64,000 bases of DNA from Camelus ferus (lineage: Eukaryota). The notes below the pieces were generated by a model. It did no database searches, was not told the origin of the DNA, and saw nothing but the letters and a program-made list of their open reading frames with translations. Position numbers and translations under genes: made by a program. Below are positions 23,611-35,619 of this stretch, one piece after another. The stretch lies in NCBI RefSeq assembly GCF_009834535.1, contig NC_045696.1, positions 11,286,001-11,350,000 of the forward strand. The letters are read 5' to 3'. Each line of letters opens with the position of its first letter. Position 1 is the first letter of the stretch.

Positions 23611-24820
23611 TGTGTGTAATAGGATATTAAAAGGGGACACCCCCCTTTTTTTTCTCTCAATTTAGGCTGAATCTCCACGATGAGAGATGCTACTGATTCC
23701 CATATTCCAAACTGAGGCATGAGGCTGCCTGAGCAGGACTTGCAATGGAGTCTCCAATAACTGGATTCTGCTCTTAGCTGACCATCCAGTTCCAGCCAAT
23801 AAAGAAAGGCTGTGGAAAACTAGGAAACTGCAGGTTAGATGAATTTTTCTGGAGAGAGCTGTCAGAGTGCTAAGGATCCTGGTACCAACACACATGGGAG
23901 GGAGGCGTGAAATACTTTTCCCTCCCCTTCAGCCTAAAGAAAGGAGCTTCAAGTGGGTCTCCTCAGAGCCTGATGCAAATCTCCAAGAGCTTGAGGGGCC
24001 TTAGTAGGTGGAGTCTGAATCACTCCTGAAAACTCTAGAACGGGAGACCCTGTGGCTCTGGTGGTGAGGACAAAAGAGGTAGCGGCACTGGGGATGCCCT
24101 GCCCTCCCAGAGTTTGTCAGAGCAAAGGCCGAGGTTCCATATCCCCTGGGCCAGATGGCCCACATGAGAGAGGTCATCTTATATCCAAGAGGCCAGCCTA
24201 GGGGGCATGGTGACCCCAAGAGGGAGGTAGACCACTGGATTCCCAGGAGCCGAAGAGGAAACAGTAGGTGGCCAGCAGGGGAAAGGCATTTGCCTCTGCC
24301 AAGAGAATTACAGATGAGAAATCCCCAAGAATTGTTGCAGTGAAGGTATCTCCAAAACCCTCACAAAAGTATCCCTCAAAATAAGGCATCATTTTAAAAT
24401 ATGCACCCAACTCAGAAACAGCCATTTCATGACAGCATTCATCAAATAAGGCCTTTCTTGTCTCCTTTACCTCTCTTTTCTTCCCTCTGCTCCCACCCTG
24501 AAGGGGCCAGGACATTTGCTTAGCAAGCTGAGGGTAGAGAGAAGAAACAGAAGGCTGAGCTGCCCACCCTCTGCAGCAGGCAACCTGCCATAGACCTGCG
24601 TAGTCAGAGGGCATTAGGTAGGTCTAGAGATTTTAATGACTGGAACAAGACATTTTTGTAATTTCCAATGACCAGGGAGCTTTTAAATTATCTAATAAAG
24701 ACCACCATAGACATTTACAAATCAGAGAACTTGCTCTAGATTTCATTCAAATAGTGGGACAAAAACTACCTTTGCAGAGTGGATTTAACTAGGGAGTGGG
24801 GAAAGAAGAATAAAATGGGG
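23611..24820 (+). mobile_element. Probable ancient long LTR, family uncertain
   Basis: Begins tgtgtaataggatattaa and ends with gggagtggggaaagaagaataaaa, resembling ancient mammalian LTRs; no TSD found. Confidence 0.35.
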
Positions 24821-25099
24821 TTTGTTTTTTTGAGATGCAGATAGTATATTTGAGATGCAGTTCCAGAAACCGAGAGTGGTGGCGCAGGGGGAATGAGACA
24901 GAGAGGAAAGACAAAACCACGTAAAGTTGTATTAGTAAAGTCATGGAGGTAGGCAAGGGCAGCTCAGTCCCGCCAGACCTTCTGAGGAGTATACAGACTG
25001 CCTCCCAGAATTGGCCATCCAGTGTATGGAAGTCTGTGCCATTTTCTATCCATGCCAGTTCTCCTTTGCTGAAAGCTATACTTCAGAGTTGTTGTTTTA

Positions 25100-25830
25100 A
25101 ATTATGTCTAAGTTTTTACAACTCTTTCAGTGTCAGAATTACACACATATGTATTTCTTTTCTTGTACAATCATTTTTCCAGAGTTAATGATTGCTTCAT
25201 TTATTCATTTGCTTCCTATTCCATGAACCCCTCCAACTGCCCCATCAGCACTTTAATTTACAAATGTGCAAACATGTCCTGTAATTTATTTGTTTCATTC
25301 CCTCTTCCTTCTGACCTCCTTCCAACCAGCAGGATGGTGGTTATTGTCCTTCCCTTTGCGCGTGCCTCTCTCTTAACTGAATTCATGAATCCTGTGGATT
25401 GGATTCATCCCCTTCTGGTTCTTAGTTTGCCCTTTGGTTTAGTAGGAAAAAAAAACTCCCAGTATCTTCAAAATATATGCTACAAGGTAAAATTTCCAGT
25501 GCTTGCATTTGTCAAATGCTTTTATTCCACCTTCATATTTGATTGATATTTTAGTTGGGTACAGATTGCTAGATTGAAAAACATTTTATGTAGAATTTTA
25601 AGGGTATATTGTTTTCTAGGGGATGTTATTGAGAAGTAAGGTGCCATTCTAAGTTCATTCCTTAAAATGTAGTCTGATTCCCCCCCTAGTCCCTAAAAAC
25701 GTTAATATCTTTCTTTCTCTCTGGAGTCTGGAATTTCATGATGACATGTACCACTCAGTGAGCCCTTTCAATTTGGAAACTAATTTCCTTAAGTTTTGAG
25801 GAAAATATCCTGCACCATCTTTTATTTCTT
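25100..25830 (-). mobile_element. L1ME-like fragment (ORF1 region)
   Basis: ttttattccaccttcatattt, ttattgagaagt...gccattcta, tggaatttcatgatgacatgt...tttcaatttggaaact. Confidence 0.6.
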
Positions 25831-25839
25831 ATTAAGCCT

Positions 25840-26295
25840 TTTTTTTTTTTTAAAGAGCAGCTTAAGTTTCACAGCAAAATTGAGGCAAAATTGAGGTAAA
25901 GGTACAGAGATTTCCCATATACACCCTGCCCCTACACATGCCCCACCCCCGCCATTATCAGCATGCCCCGGAGTGGTACATTTGTCGCAACTGCTGAGCT
26001 TACACCTGACACATCCTAATCACCTGAAGTTTAGAGCTTGCATGATGGCTCACTCTTGGTATTGTACATTCTGTGGGTCAGACAAATGTATAATGACAGT
26101 TATTCATTCTCAGGGTATCATAGAGATGAATTTCACTGCTCTAAAAGTTCTGTGCTTCATCTATTCACCCTTCCCCTTTCCAATTCCTGGCAACCACGGA
26201 TCTTTTGACTGTCTCCGTAGTTTTGCCTTTTCCAGAATGCCATATAGTTTGAATTGTATAGCATGGAGCCTTTTCAGATTGGCTGCTTTTACTTT
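25840..26295 (-). mobile_element. L1MB-like 3' end
   Basis: agagcagcttaagtttcacagcaaaattgag...agagatttcccatataccc...ggcaaccacggatctttt. Confidence 0.85.
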
Positions 26296-26329
26296 TAAAA
26301 CTTTCTATTACGTAAAAAGTTCTTCCAAG

Positions 26330-26902
26330 AAAACAGAATGGAAGTTCCTCAGAAAATTAAAGTATGTATGTTCCAGAAATTTAACTGCTAGCTATATACT
26401 CAAAAGAATTGAAAGCAGGGTCTTGAAGAGATATTTGTCTATCCATGTTCTTATCAGTCTTGTTCACAACTGCCAAGAGGTGGAAGCCACCCAAGATCCA
26501 CTGATGGATGAGTGGGTAAGTGAATGATGGTGTATATATACAACGGAATATTATTCAGCCTTAAAGAGGAAGAAAATGCTGACACTTGCCACAGCCTGGA
26601 TGAGCCTGGAGAACATCATGCTAAGTGAAATTAGCTAGTCTCAAGAAGACAGGTACTGTATGATTGTGAAAGTAGAATTGTGATTGTCAGGGGCTGGGGT
26701 GAGAGGAGAATGAGGAGTTGTTTAATGGAGACAGGAAACAATCTTACAAATATTTCAGTTTTGCAAAATGAAAAGAGTTCTGCAGCTGGATGGTGGTGAT
26801 GGTTGTACAACAATGTGACTTAATGCCACTGAACTGTATACTTAGAAAAGGTTAAGATGGTAAATTTTGTATTATGTGCATTTCCACAATTAAAAAAAAA
26901 AA
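26330..26902 (+). mobile_element. L1MB-like ORF2 end plus 3'UTR with poly(A)
   Basis: aaaagaattgaaagcagggtcttgaagagatatttg...aatgccactgaactgtatacttag...cacaattaaaaaaaaaaa. Confidence 0.88.
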
Positions 26903-26904
26903 TC

Positions 26905-27790
26905 CCAAGAGCTCTTTTCTGTTCTCTGGATGTTTTACATAATGTCTTGAGCTTATTTCATAAATTCAAAATCTTCTCTAGGACTCAGTGTCTTTATTCC
27001 TAGTTTGTTGGTTTTGGTATTGTCTTTAATGTTGAGGGCTTTCCTCAAACATCAGGCAATACTCAGCCTTTTCTTCATATTTGAGTGAGGTAGTGAAGAG
27101 CTGAGTGGAAATCCTCTGTGTTGGGAAGGGCTTTTTGATGGGTAGGTTTTCCCTGTCGAGTCAGGGAACAGTGAGGTAGCCTTTTCAATTGGGGACCTCA
27201 AAGTGTCCATATCTGGAGGTCTTTTATTCTGTGACTCTTTCTTCCAAATCTCCAGAGGAAAGTTTAGTTGCCTTCCAGGGTTCTGAGGATGAGAAGCATA
27301 CAAAGATTCCATAATTTTGTAAATAGATATTTACTTGGTTCCCATATTTTCAACCTCATTCCTCCATTTCCCTCCTGTTTGCTTAGTTCCTTGTATTGAG
27401 AGCCTCTTTAGTTCAATTTCTCTAGGGAACAGATTTCCTGTCTCAGGTCTGGGAGATGGAGGCGGGAAAAATAGAGATTCAACTGTCCTGTGTACACTAT
27501 TAACCTGTCCTCTTTCAGCCTGGAGACGTACTCTAACATCCTGTGCACCGGTGTCTCCGTTTCCTGGGCTTTTCCATGGTTCTGGGGGTGGAGACTGGCT
27601 CACTCCTGTTTTCCCATCTGGGGCTTCTCTAGCTCTACTAGTCACGTACTGCTTCTCCATCTACTTTGTAATCTATCTCGGCTCTTGTGCCATTCTTTTC
27701 CTCCTCGTGGGTTTACAATTTAAAATTTCCCTCTACTGTCATTTTCATAGAGTTCTGGGAGGAAGAAGAGAAAGACATGCAAGGTCAATC
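26905..27790 (-). mobile_element. L1ME-like 5' fragment
   Basis: tctttaatgttgagggctttcctcaaa...actgtcattttcatagagttctgggaggaag. Confidence 0.55.
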
Positions 27791-28189
27791 TGTTTAACTA
27801 GGAGCCACAAGTATTGACTTAAATAACCCACCCACCTTAGAGAAATGTCACTCTTGCTTCTGATTCATCAGCTTGGGTTCATCACACCCCATTTCACAGT
27901 AACTGGCCACCTTTATTCAAATATTGGGCCAAACTTACAAAACAAGCCGTTCATTCAAGTGTCCAACAAATCACATGGCATTTGCCATGACAGAGCCTGC
28001 CTCGTTAGTTGTCTACCCTAAAGAAATTTTGTCTTGTTTAGATTAGGTCTCCTTCTCTTTATCCTCAGACCAAAACTTCTGTATGTAGTGTTTTCTAGGA
28101 TATGATTAGCTACTTATACATATTTTTTTTGCTTAAGATGTTAATATGTCAACATCAAAGTGTGTATATGTATATTGGAGGCAGCCTTT

Positions 28190-28695
28190 TGTGGCAGAAG
28201 CCATTAGTTTCCTACCCAACATCTGTCCTCTACGTCTTTACCAACAGAACTTCAGTTTTGTTTAGGACAGTAATGTGCCCGTATTTAAAATTCGTCTTTA
28301 CAGAAGAGAGACTTCTGACCAATGAGATAAAAGGTGGGTGGGGCTTCTGGGGAAGCTGTTTTAAACAGAGCTCACTCAGCTGGCATGAAGCTCTTGACCT
28401 TTGCCCTTCTCCTGATTCTTGCCTAGACCACAGACAGGGCGCTGGGTCTGGAGCTGCCATTTCACAGCCACTAGTGACCAACATGAGGATCAAAGCCACA
28501 CAAGAAAGATGGCTGATGGCAGGACAGAAGGAGGTCGTACCTCTGATGGCATTGTGGGGGCCACCATGTTAGAGCTGGCTGGCTGGCTTACTTTGAATTC
28601 CTTGTTTTGTGAAAAAAACAAAACCTTTAATATAATTAAACCATTATTTGGTCACATTTTCAGTTACTTGCAACTGAATGCAGCCCACACTGACA
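28190..28695 (+). mobile_element. MLT1J-like MaLR LTR
   Basis: tgtggcagaag...ttctgaccaatgagata...ggagctgccattt...gttacttgcaactgaatgc. Confidence 0.8.
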
Positions 28696-28769
28696 GATTT
28701 CCTTTGTGTCTTTTCTTATGAGCCTATGCTCAGTTGTATGTTCAGAAGAGGCTGCAGTCTCTGATGACA

Positions 28770-29222
28770 TGGCAGATGCTGCTGGTGCCCTGAATGTCGC
28801 TTCTCCCATGCTCACCATTTCTCTGCATACCAGCCCAATTTCCATCAGCCAGCACCTGTGACTCTGCCCAGGGCTACCTCCAGCCCCTGGGGACTGCTCT
28901 GTTTACACATGGGTCAAGCTGGAAGGATGTTCCAGGGAATTAATGTTCCCCTCCTCCTTGCATCTGAGAGCATCTTTCACTGGAGGCCTGATGAGGTTGG
29001 CATATCAATACCCCAGCTCCCTTGCCTGGGATTCTGCCGGCAAGATTGCGCTCCACTAGCCCATAGTAGTCACTGGCTTAATAGCACATAGTTAAATGGC
29101 TTCCTTCCTTTCTTATCTTATGTCACCACTCTCCTACCAGAGTTTTCTGGGATCAACTCCTAAATAAGCTACCTGCACTAGAATCTCAGTCTCAGATCTG
29201 CTCCTGGGGGAACCCAAAACAA
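28770..29222 (+). mobile_element. LTR16-like ERVL LTR
   Basis: cagccagcacctgtgactct...cctaaataagctacctgcactagaatctcagtctcagatctgctcctgggggaacccaaaac. Confidence 0.75.
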
Positions 29223-29927
29223 AATAATGGGATTTTACCCAGGGTTGCTTTGAGGTCATGAAAGTTATCAAGCCCATATGTATTCGTGTGCCCTTTCCCT
29301 GTGCCCAGCCAGTCTTTGCAGTGCAATCTCAGACAATGGTTCCTCCTAACCTGGCACTGTGCACCACCTGGCTGTCAATCTTTTTTGGCAATTTTTTTTT
29401 TGGCAATTTTTTTCCTCCTCCATGACTTTCTGTGATCCAGATATCTTGTGTGGCAGGTTGGGAAAGAGGCATCAGTGTAAGTCCACGTTATTGTGGACAG
29501 CAGAAAGGACTAGCCATAAAACACAAAAGTAAGGCGAGGACACCAAGCCCAGCTCTGTAGTTTACAGCTGAACAAAGATGCCCACGATCTCTGGTGAGCT
29601 ACGTCTGGTTTACCCTAGGGAGCTGACTTCTTCCTTCTCTCATTCTCCTTCTTACTGAAGGTCATCTCAGGAGATAGTGAGTGTTCCAAGTAGCCTGTGC
29701 AATAACGTGTGTTTGTAGTATTTTTCTGAATAATATTTGAGGAACGTGGTGAGATCCCATGTCCCTCATTTTCAAAGAAAAAGCTCTGATTGAAAGTATT
29801 TTGTCTCATTCATAGACATGGGTTCAGAAATTAGTGAGTCCCAGAGCCTTGGCATCAGGTGCAATCAAACCCAAACCTGGTCTAGAATATTCCACACTCT
29901 ATGAAGACACATTTGTCCCCTTGGACC

Positions 29928-30140
29928 CGGGGTCAGTGAATGACTGCCCTTGAGCCAAATTGGGCCTATTTTTGTCAATAAAATCTTTTTGGATAAAGCC
30001 ATATGCATTTATTTACGTAATGGTCATGGCTGCAGTAATTCAGGGATTTAAGTGACTGGTTGTGACAGAGACCATGTGGCCTGGGAAGCTTAAATTTATA
30101 TACTGCCTGGACCTTTACAGAAAAAGCATGCCTACCCCTG
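29928..30140 (+). mobile_element. MER58A-like hAT-Charlie element
   Basis: ggggtcagt...ttgtgacagagaccatgtggcct...cctttacagaaaaag...ctacccctg. Confidence 0.85.
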
Positions 30141-30249
30141 CTTTAGGCAACCTCGAAGTATCCCACCCAAGTCTGCCCCTTCAAGAAATACCCTCCCCAC
30201 TCGCCATCCCACCACAAGGGCCAGTCCTTCCCACTTCAGTTCCTGGGAT

Positions 30250-30420
30250 GGCGCTTCTGAACCTTTAATATGCATATGCATCCATTGGCAATTGGTTATT
30301 GGACATACAGGTTCTGACTCAGTACCTCTGGGATGGGGCCCATGACTGTATTTCTAACAAGCTCCCAGTCATCCTGTTGCTGCTGGTCTGGGGACCACCC
30401 TCGGAAGAGCAAGATTCTAG
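30250..30420. mobile_element. MER5A-like hAT element
   Basis: ggttctgactcagt...tgggatggggccc...tgtatttctaacaagctcccag...tgctggtctggggaccac. Confidence 0.8.
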
Positions 30421-30523
30421 AAGACTGGATTTTTCTTACCAGGACAAGCAACTTCTTAGCCCTGTTTCTCACAGTTTGGCATCATCAGGCAATACCAGCC
30501 CCTTCCTGACCCTCTGCCTTCCC

Positions 30524-30525
<2 letters not shown>

Positions 30526-30557
<32 letters not shown>
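30526..30557. repeat. (AC)16 microsatellite
   Basis: Direct reading. Confidence 0.95.
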
Positions 30558-30559
<2 letters not shown>

Positions 30560-32674
30560 TAAAACAGGAATGTGCCATCACTGCCTCCCCTTCTCCGTGA
30601 GTTCTGGTCTTCAGTCTGAGCCACGATTTTAAGAGTTAAAGAGCTGTGAAGCCGACAGCAGGAGAGACGCCAGGACTTTAATTAGTCTCTCTTTTTATAT
30701 TTAGTTTCCTATTAGATAATGCTCGACACCTGTTCACTAGACAGATCTGTTTTTAATCTCTTCGCTTTCACTTTCTTGGATATGCGGCTGCACAGACATG
30801 TTGCACCGCATGAGTAATGCAACGAAAGCCAAACAAAATAGCCGTTTCTTTGGAATCAGAAGCACGACAAGGGACTAAAAACAACCGAGGCCAGGTTTGG
30901 GCCAACCACGAGGTGCTGGTGGAGGAAACAGCTCTGCGGCTGGCGTTCACCCCCTAGAATTCCACTGCGGTTTGTTTTCTCTCCCTTGACTCAAAGCTCC
31001 AGGGAGTCTGCAACGTGTTTCCCACCCTCAGGAAGAAATGGGAGGAGATTACAGGGAAAGTCTCCTCGGCTGGGCTGGAATCAGAGAGCGGGCAGACGGT
31101 TTTTCCAGAAATGATCTAAATATTTCTAACTTTGATTTGATTATTTCATTTGTGTGAAGTCGCCCCAAATATGCAGTTTCAGCCTTAGGGTTCCTGAGAC
31201 CTTTTCCCAGATGCTGCAAGCGGACCAGAAATATGAAATCTATTTAAAACCTTTCTCCTTGGTTCCCTAGGGTTTGTTATCTGTTTGGCTGTGGCTGGAA
31301 CTGACTGACAGATGTGGAGATTCAAATCATGCAACACCTAGGGATGGGCAGCCGATGTCTAAATGTCAACCACACGGAGGTGGGGAGGAAACAGGTAACA
31401 GAAACCTCAGAGTTACAGCAATGCGGATAGATTTGATAGCGTGACATAAGGAACCACCACAGGGCAACATCTTTTTTGAATTAATGAGGACAGATATTGT
31501 GAAGAGAGGGCTTGGCTTGGAAACTGTCTTCTTTCTGAAAGCTATCCTGAGCCCAAACTTCCCCAAAATGTCACACGACGAAGAGAAGCTAATCCTGGGT
31601 ATTAATGGGAAACTATAGCAGGTCTTTTTTTTTTTTTTTTTTAAGATTGTCACGTTAGCATAGATCCTTTAATTAGGACTTTCCTGTCCTAAATCTCCTG
31701 AAACATTTTGTAGCTTGTTCTTTCACTCACAAAATGAAAAGGAGGCATTGAGTGACTGAGACAGAGTTTGTAATATTTGATTTAAAAAAAGTTTTTCAGC
31801 GTTAGGTTTTAGGTAGAGGTGAGGCCACACCCAGATGCCCTTGGGTTGGTCATGCTTGAGGGAGTAGAGCTGTGCAGTTGAAATGGGCCCACCGACCGAG
31901 CTGCAGATGGTGAGCCCGCACCTTGGGGTCTGAATGGGGATTAGTTACTAATAGGGAGACTGAGCATGTCTGCTGTCGGCGTGGCAACCACGAGAGGAGA
32001 AAGGGTTGGATGCTGAAATGGCTCCAGATAAGGGCATTGGCTGATGCCAAGTGTCCTCAGTGCCCGGTCCTTCAGTCCCAGCCATCTTCCCACAGCAGCC
32101 TCGTCCCAGGACTTCACCAGCACCCGTCCCACTGGCTCTCTCGAACCCTGGACCTTCTCTGCAGAGTCCCTGAGCCTTCCACCCGGACTCTACACTGCGA
32201 TTTGAGACCCCTGCTTCAAGCTTTCCTCTCCGCCTTCACCTGGGCTACCAGCTTTGGCTTCCTGAGACACACACCCTCACGGGAACTCTGCAGGGGCCAG
32301 GGCGTCAACAATCAGGGGATGAGAGAAGCAGGGGATTCATCTAGAACCAGGCTATCCCCCAGCTACTCCTGACTGAGGCTATTTCCAGCAGCACAGTGAG
32401 AAGGGATTGGAACTTAACCTCAGAACCACTCGGTACGTTCTGCTCAGTTTGTGGGACTAGTGTTTGCCACACAGTAAACCTGTATGTGTTCATTCCAGAG
32501 GGTGGGCTCAATTATTCTCAATGAGTCTTTTTTTTTTAAATCCTCCTGCCCTGGATTTAAGATGTTATAAAAACTGGTCTCTGCCCTGGGAAGTGGGGAT
32601 GGCCAGCTGTTTCTGTCTGTGCACTCCCCACCCCCAAATACACCATTTGTACCATGGACTTTAGGCCTGGATGG

Positions 32675-33120
32675 TATATTAGTCAGGGTTCTCCAGAGAA
32701 ACAGAACCAATAGGACATATATGTTTGTTTGTTTGTTTATTATAAGGAATTGGCCCACGTGACTATGGAGGCTGAGAAGTCCTGAGGTCTGTAGTCAGCA
32801 AGCTGGAGACCCAGGGGAGAAGATGGTGTGGTTCTGGTCTGAGTCTGGGTCAGAAGGCAGGAGAAGGGTGATGCCCCAGCTTGAAGTCAGGCAGAGTGAA
32901 GTCTCCCTTACTTGACCTTTTGTGCTGTTTAGGCCTTCAGTGAGTTGGATGCACCTGATGTGTCCACCCCACTGGGGAAGGTCATCTCCTGGACTCAGTC
33001 CACTGATTCAAATGCTGATCTCAGCCAGAAGCACCCTCACAGGCACACCCAGAATAATATTTGACCAAATATGTGGGCAGCCTGTGGTCCAGGCACGTTG
33101 TCATATCTAATGCAACATGA
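32675..33120 (-). mobile_element. MLT2 (ERVL) LTR
   Basis: attagtcagggttctccagagaaacagaaccaatagga...cagtccactgattcaaatgct...cacccagaataat. Confidence 0.9.
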
Positions 33121-33417
33121 CAGATAAACTAGAATTTTAAAGCATCCTCTTCTTTCTTTCATTCCTTCAGGCATCTCTGGAGCATGAAGTCCATATTTAA
33201 AATTAAATAAATACACCCTGAATATCCTCTGTGTGTGAAGAGGAACCTCCGTGAGAGTTTTGACAGAAAAGTTCCAGAGAGGACCCGAATTGGTCTGATT
33301 CGGGTCAACCACTCATCCCTAAAAAACTCCCACCCCTGAAAAATGTCCACAGGGAGGGGACTGGCCAGCCTGGGTCACCAGCCAGTCCCTGTGACGAGGG
33401 AGGCAGCATTCCTACAT

Positions 33418-33885
33418 CAGGGCACAGAATCTGCAGGGATGCACAGGCCTGTGAATTCAGGAGGTTGGTGAACTTGATCTGAGAACTTGTGGTTTTAAGT
33501 GTCTACTAACTGAAATTGTGCATTTCCTTTAATATCAAGCATAGGCCAGTAGTATTAATAGTGCCTGCAACTTTGAAACCAGTAGGCACACAGATCTATT
33601 TTTTATCACGTAACAGTTAAGGCAGACACCTCAACATATCGCGTGTTCTCACCACCTCTCCAAAAGGGTTGTAATTATTAGTCCTGCCCCAGACCTTGGA
33701 GCTCATGCATTAATAAAGAAGCCTGGATATAACTGTATCACGGATTATAATCTTTTTGATAACTGTCTTTCAATATAATGGGTTCCCTTTGTAGCCTTAT
33801 GTATCTTATTTTGTGAATATCAAAATTTTTTTTCTGAGGAAGTGTCCATAGGCCTCACCAGACAGCCAAAGGGGTCCCTGCCAGG
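33418..33885 (+). mobile_element. Charlie4-like hAT DNA transposon
   Basis: actaactgaaattgtgcatttcc, ttaataaagaagc, tttttgataactgtctttcaatataat, gtccataggcctcaccagacagccaaaggggtcc. Confidence 0.8.
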
Positions 33886-34035
33886 GACTGGCTGAGTCAC
33901 ATGGGGTGGAGGAAAAGGCAGTTCCTGTGCAGAAGACTCAAGCACACACAAAATAGGAGCAGATGTCTCTGCTCCTGCGGGCGGGAGGCAAGCACTTTTG
34001 CATTGATCTGTGCCCATCTGTCCTTACAGAGAACC

Positions 34036-34221
34036 TGTAACTGAGCAGGACCCTGTGGCTCTTTCCTAAGACAGAACCTCCCCACCCCCGCCAACAGACC
34101 TGGTGTCCCCTGCCTGACTCTGCAGGTTGCCAGCCTCCTGAATAGAGCAAACTTTCCTTTCCTACCAACGCTTGTCTCTTGGTTTTTGAGTGGCGAGCAG
34201 CCAAAACTGAGTCCCATAGCA
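34036..34221 (+). mobile_element. 186-bp ERV1-type mini solo LTR
   Basis: TGTAACTGAGCAGGACCC...CCCATAGCA with 4-bp TSD AACC (34032-34035, 34222-34225); degenerate poly(A) signal aatagagc. Confidence 0.8.
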
Positions 34222-34767
34222 AACCCACTGTGTACCCACCTCCGGACAAAGTGCAGATCTCAATGATTGTTGAGTGAATGCGCCCTGCTTCCCTGAAACT
34301 CTGGGTGTGGGCAGGTGAATCGCGTGCTTTCAGTGTAGAGGGTTTATCCTTCCACATTACGTGCCACTGAAGTCTTTTGATCACCCTGTGGAGAAGCAAC
34401 AACAGCGCACAGGCAGGGCTGAGAGGGGCTCCGATGGGTCCCCCCTTCCCGCCACTGTGGGAAGCAGAAGGCTGCAGAGTTTACATGATCCAGGATTGCA
34501 GTTAGTCCTTCTTGATCATCTCAGATGGACAAGCGCCTTTTGATTTTTTTTTTTTCCTGAAAGTTTTCCTAGATTCCTTTTTTCTGGCACCACAGAAAGA
34601 CTTACTAAGACAATTCCCCCCCCCCCCCCCATTTCCTGCACAGGTACAGGGATGTGCCTGAAAAGGCACACGTGTGACTCCTCCAGCATCTGTAGAGTTT
34701 AAAAATACTCTGTCCACGTCACTGTGTGACTGAGATCCCCTGTGGCCACAGCCTTATTGTTTCAGAA

Positions 34768-34952
34768 CAGTGGTTCCCAACTGGGGCAATGATACCTCCC
34801 AGGGGACGTTTGACAATGTCTGAAGACATTTTTGGATGTCACAACTGGCGTCTAGTGGATAGAGGCGAGGAATTTTGCTAAACATCTCCCAGCGCACAGG
34901 GCGGCCCCGCAACAGTGAGTTCTCAGGCCCTGAATGGCAGTAGAGCCGACCA
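34768..34952 (+). mobile_element. MER20 hAT-Charlie element
   Basis: cagtggttcccaactggggcaat...caggggacgtttgacaatgtctgaagacatttttggatgtcacaactgg...gctaaacatc. Confidence 0.88.
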
Positions 34953-35254
34953 TTTCAGCATCATCACCGAGTTTTTCTTGCCATTTGCAGAGGCACATAC
35001 CAAAGTGTCAGAAAAATAAAATAAAATCAAGGAAGTGACAAATCTGCTATCTCGAAAAAAAAAAAAAGGAATAGTTTTGCAGGTTACAGTTGAAAGCAGC
35101 AACCCTCTTAAATAAAACACATTTCTTGGAGAGAGAATGGCTTTCAGGGCAAAAAGGAAAACGGAAGGGAGACGGTTTCTTTCTTTCTATAGATTTTTTC
35201 TCTTGAAGTTATTTATCCAGTTCCAGAGCTCCATATAGTTTCATCTTGATTGGA

Positions 35255-35342
35255 TCTCTATCTATCTATCATCTATCTATCTTTATCTACCTTTATTGTT
35301 ATGATTTGATTATCTACCTATCCTCTACCATTCTATCTATCA
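35255..35342. repeat. Degenerate (TCTA)n repeat
   Basis: Direct reading. Confidence 0.8.
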
Positions 35343-35580
35343 TGTCAAGAATAAATTGCTTGAACTTTGGTGAAATGGAATGAGATCATTTCCCTTTGGG
35401 CCAAAATACATGAGTTCCTATTTATGTTGCTGCCGCAGGATCTGGTTATGAATAGCTGATTCTAATCTGCAGAGGCTGGAAGAACCAGCTAACATAGACC
35501 TTTGCTTGTGAACTCTTCAGGATTTGAGAGACCTTTCTCCTTACTATTAAGGATGTGACAGCTCCGAGCCCGAGGCCCCG

Positions 35581-35619
35581 CCCTCTCCCACCCTCTCCCA
35601 CCCTCTCCCACCCTCTCCC
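35581..35619. repeat. (CCCTCTCCCA) x about 4 tandem repeat
   Basis: Three perfect 10-mers plus a 9/10 fourth unit. Confidence 0.95.

Noticed and set aside
25973..26527. Longest ORF in the track (184 aa)
   Set aside because: It spans two oppositely oriented old L1 fragments; a chance open frame.
27335..28572. 160-aa and 156-aa ORFs
   Set aside because: They lie within L1ME-like and MLT1 repeats; no recognisable domain or exon structure.
35581..35619. CRISPR-like or other repeat-spacer array
   Set aside because: No spacers; a simple tandem repeat in mammalian DNA. No repeat-spacer array was seen anywhere in the window.
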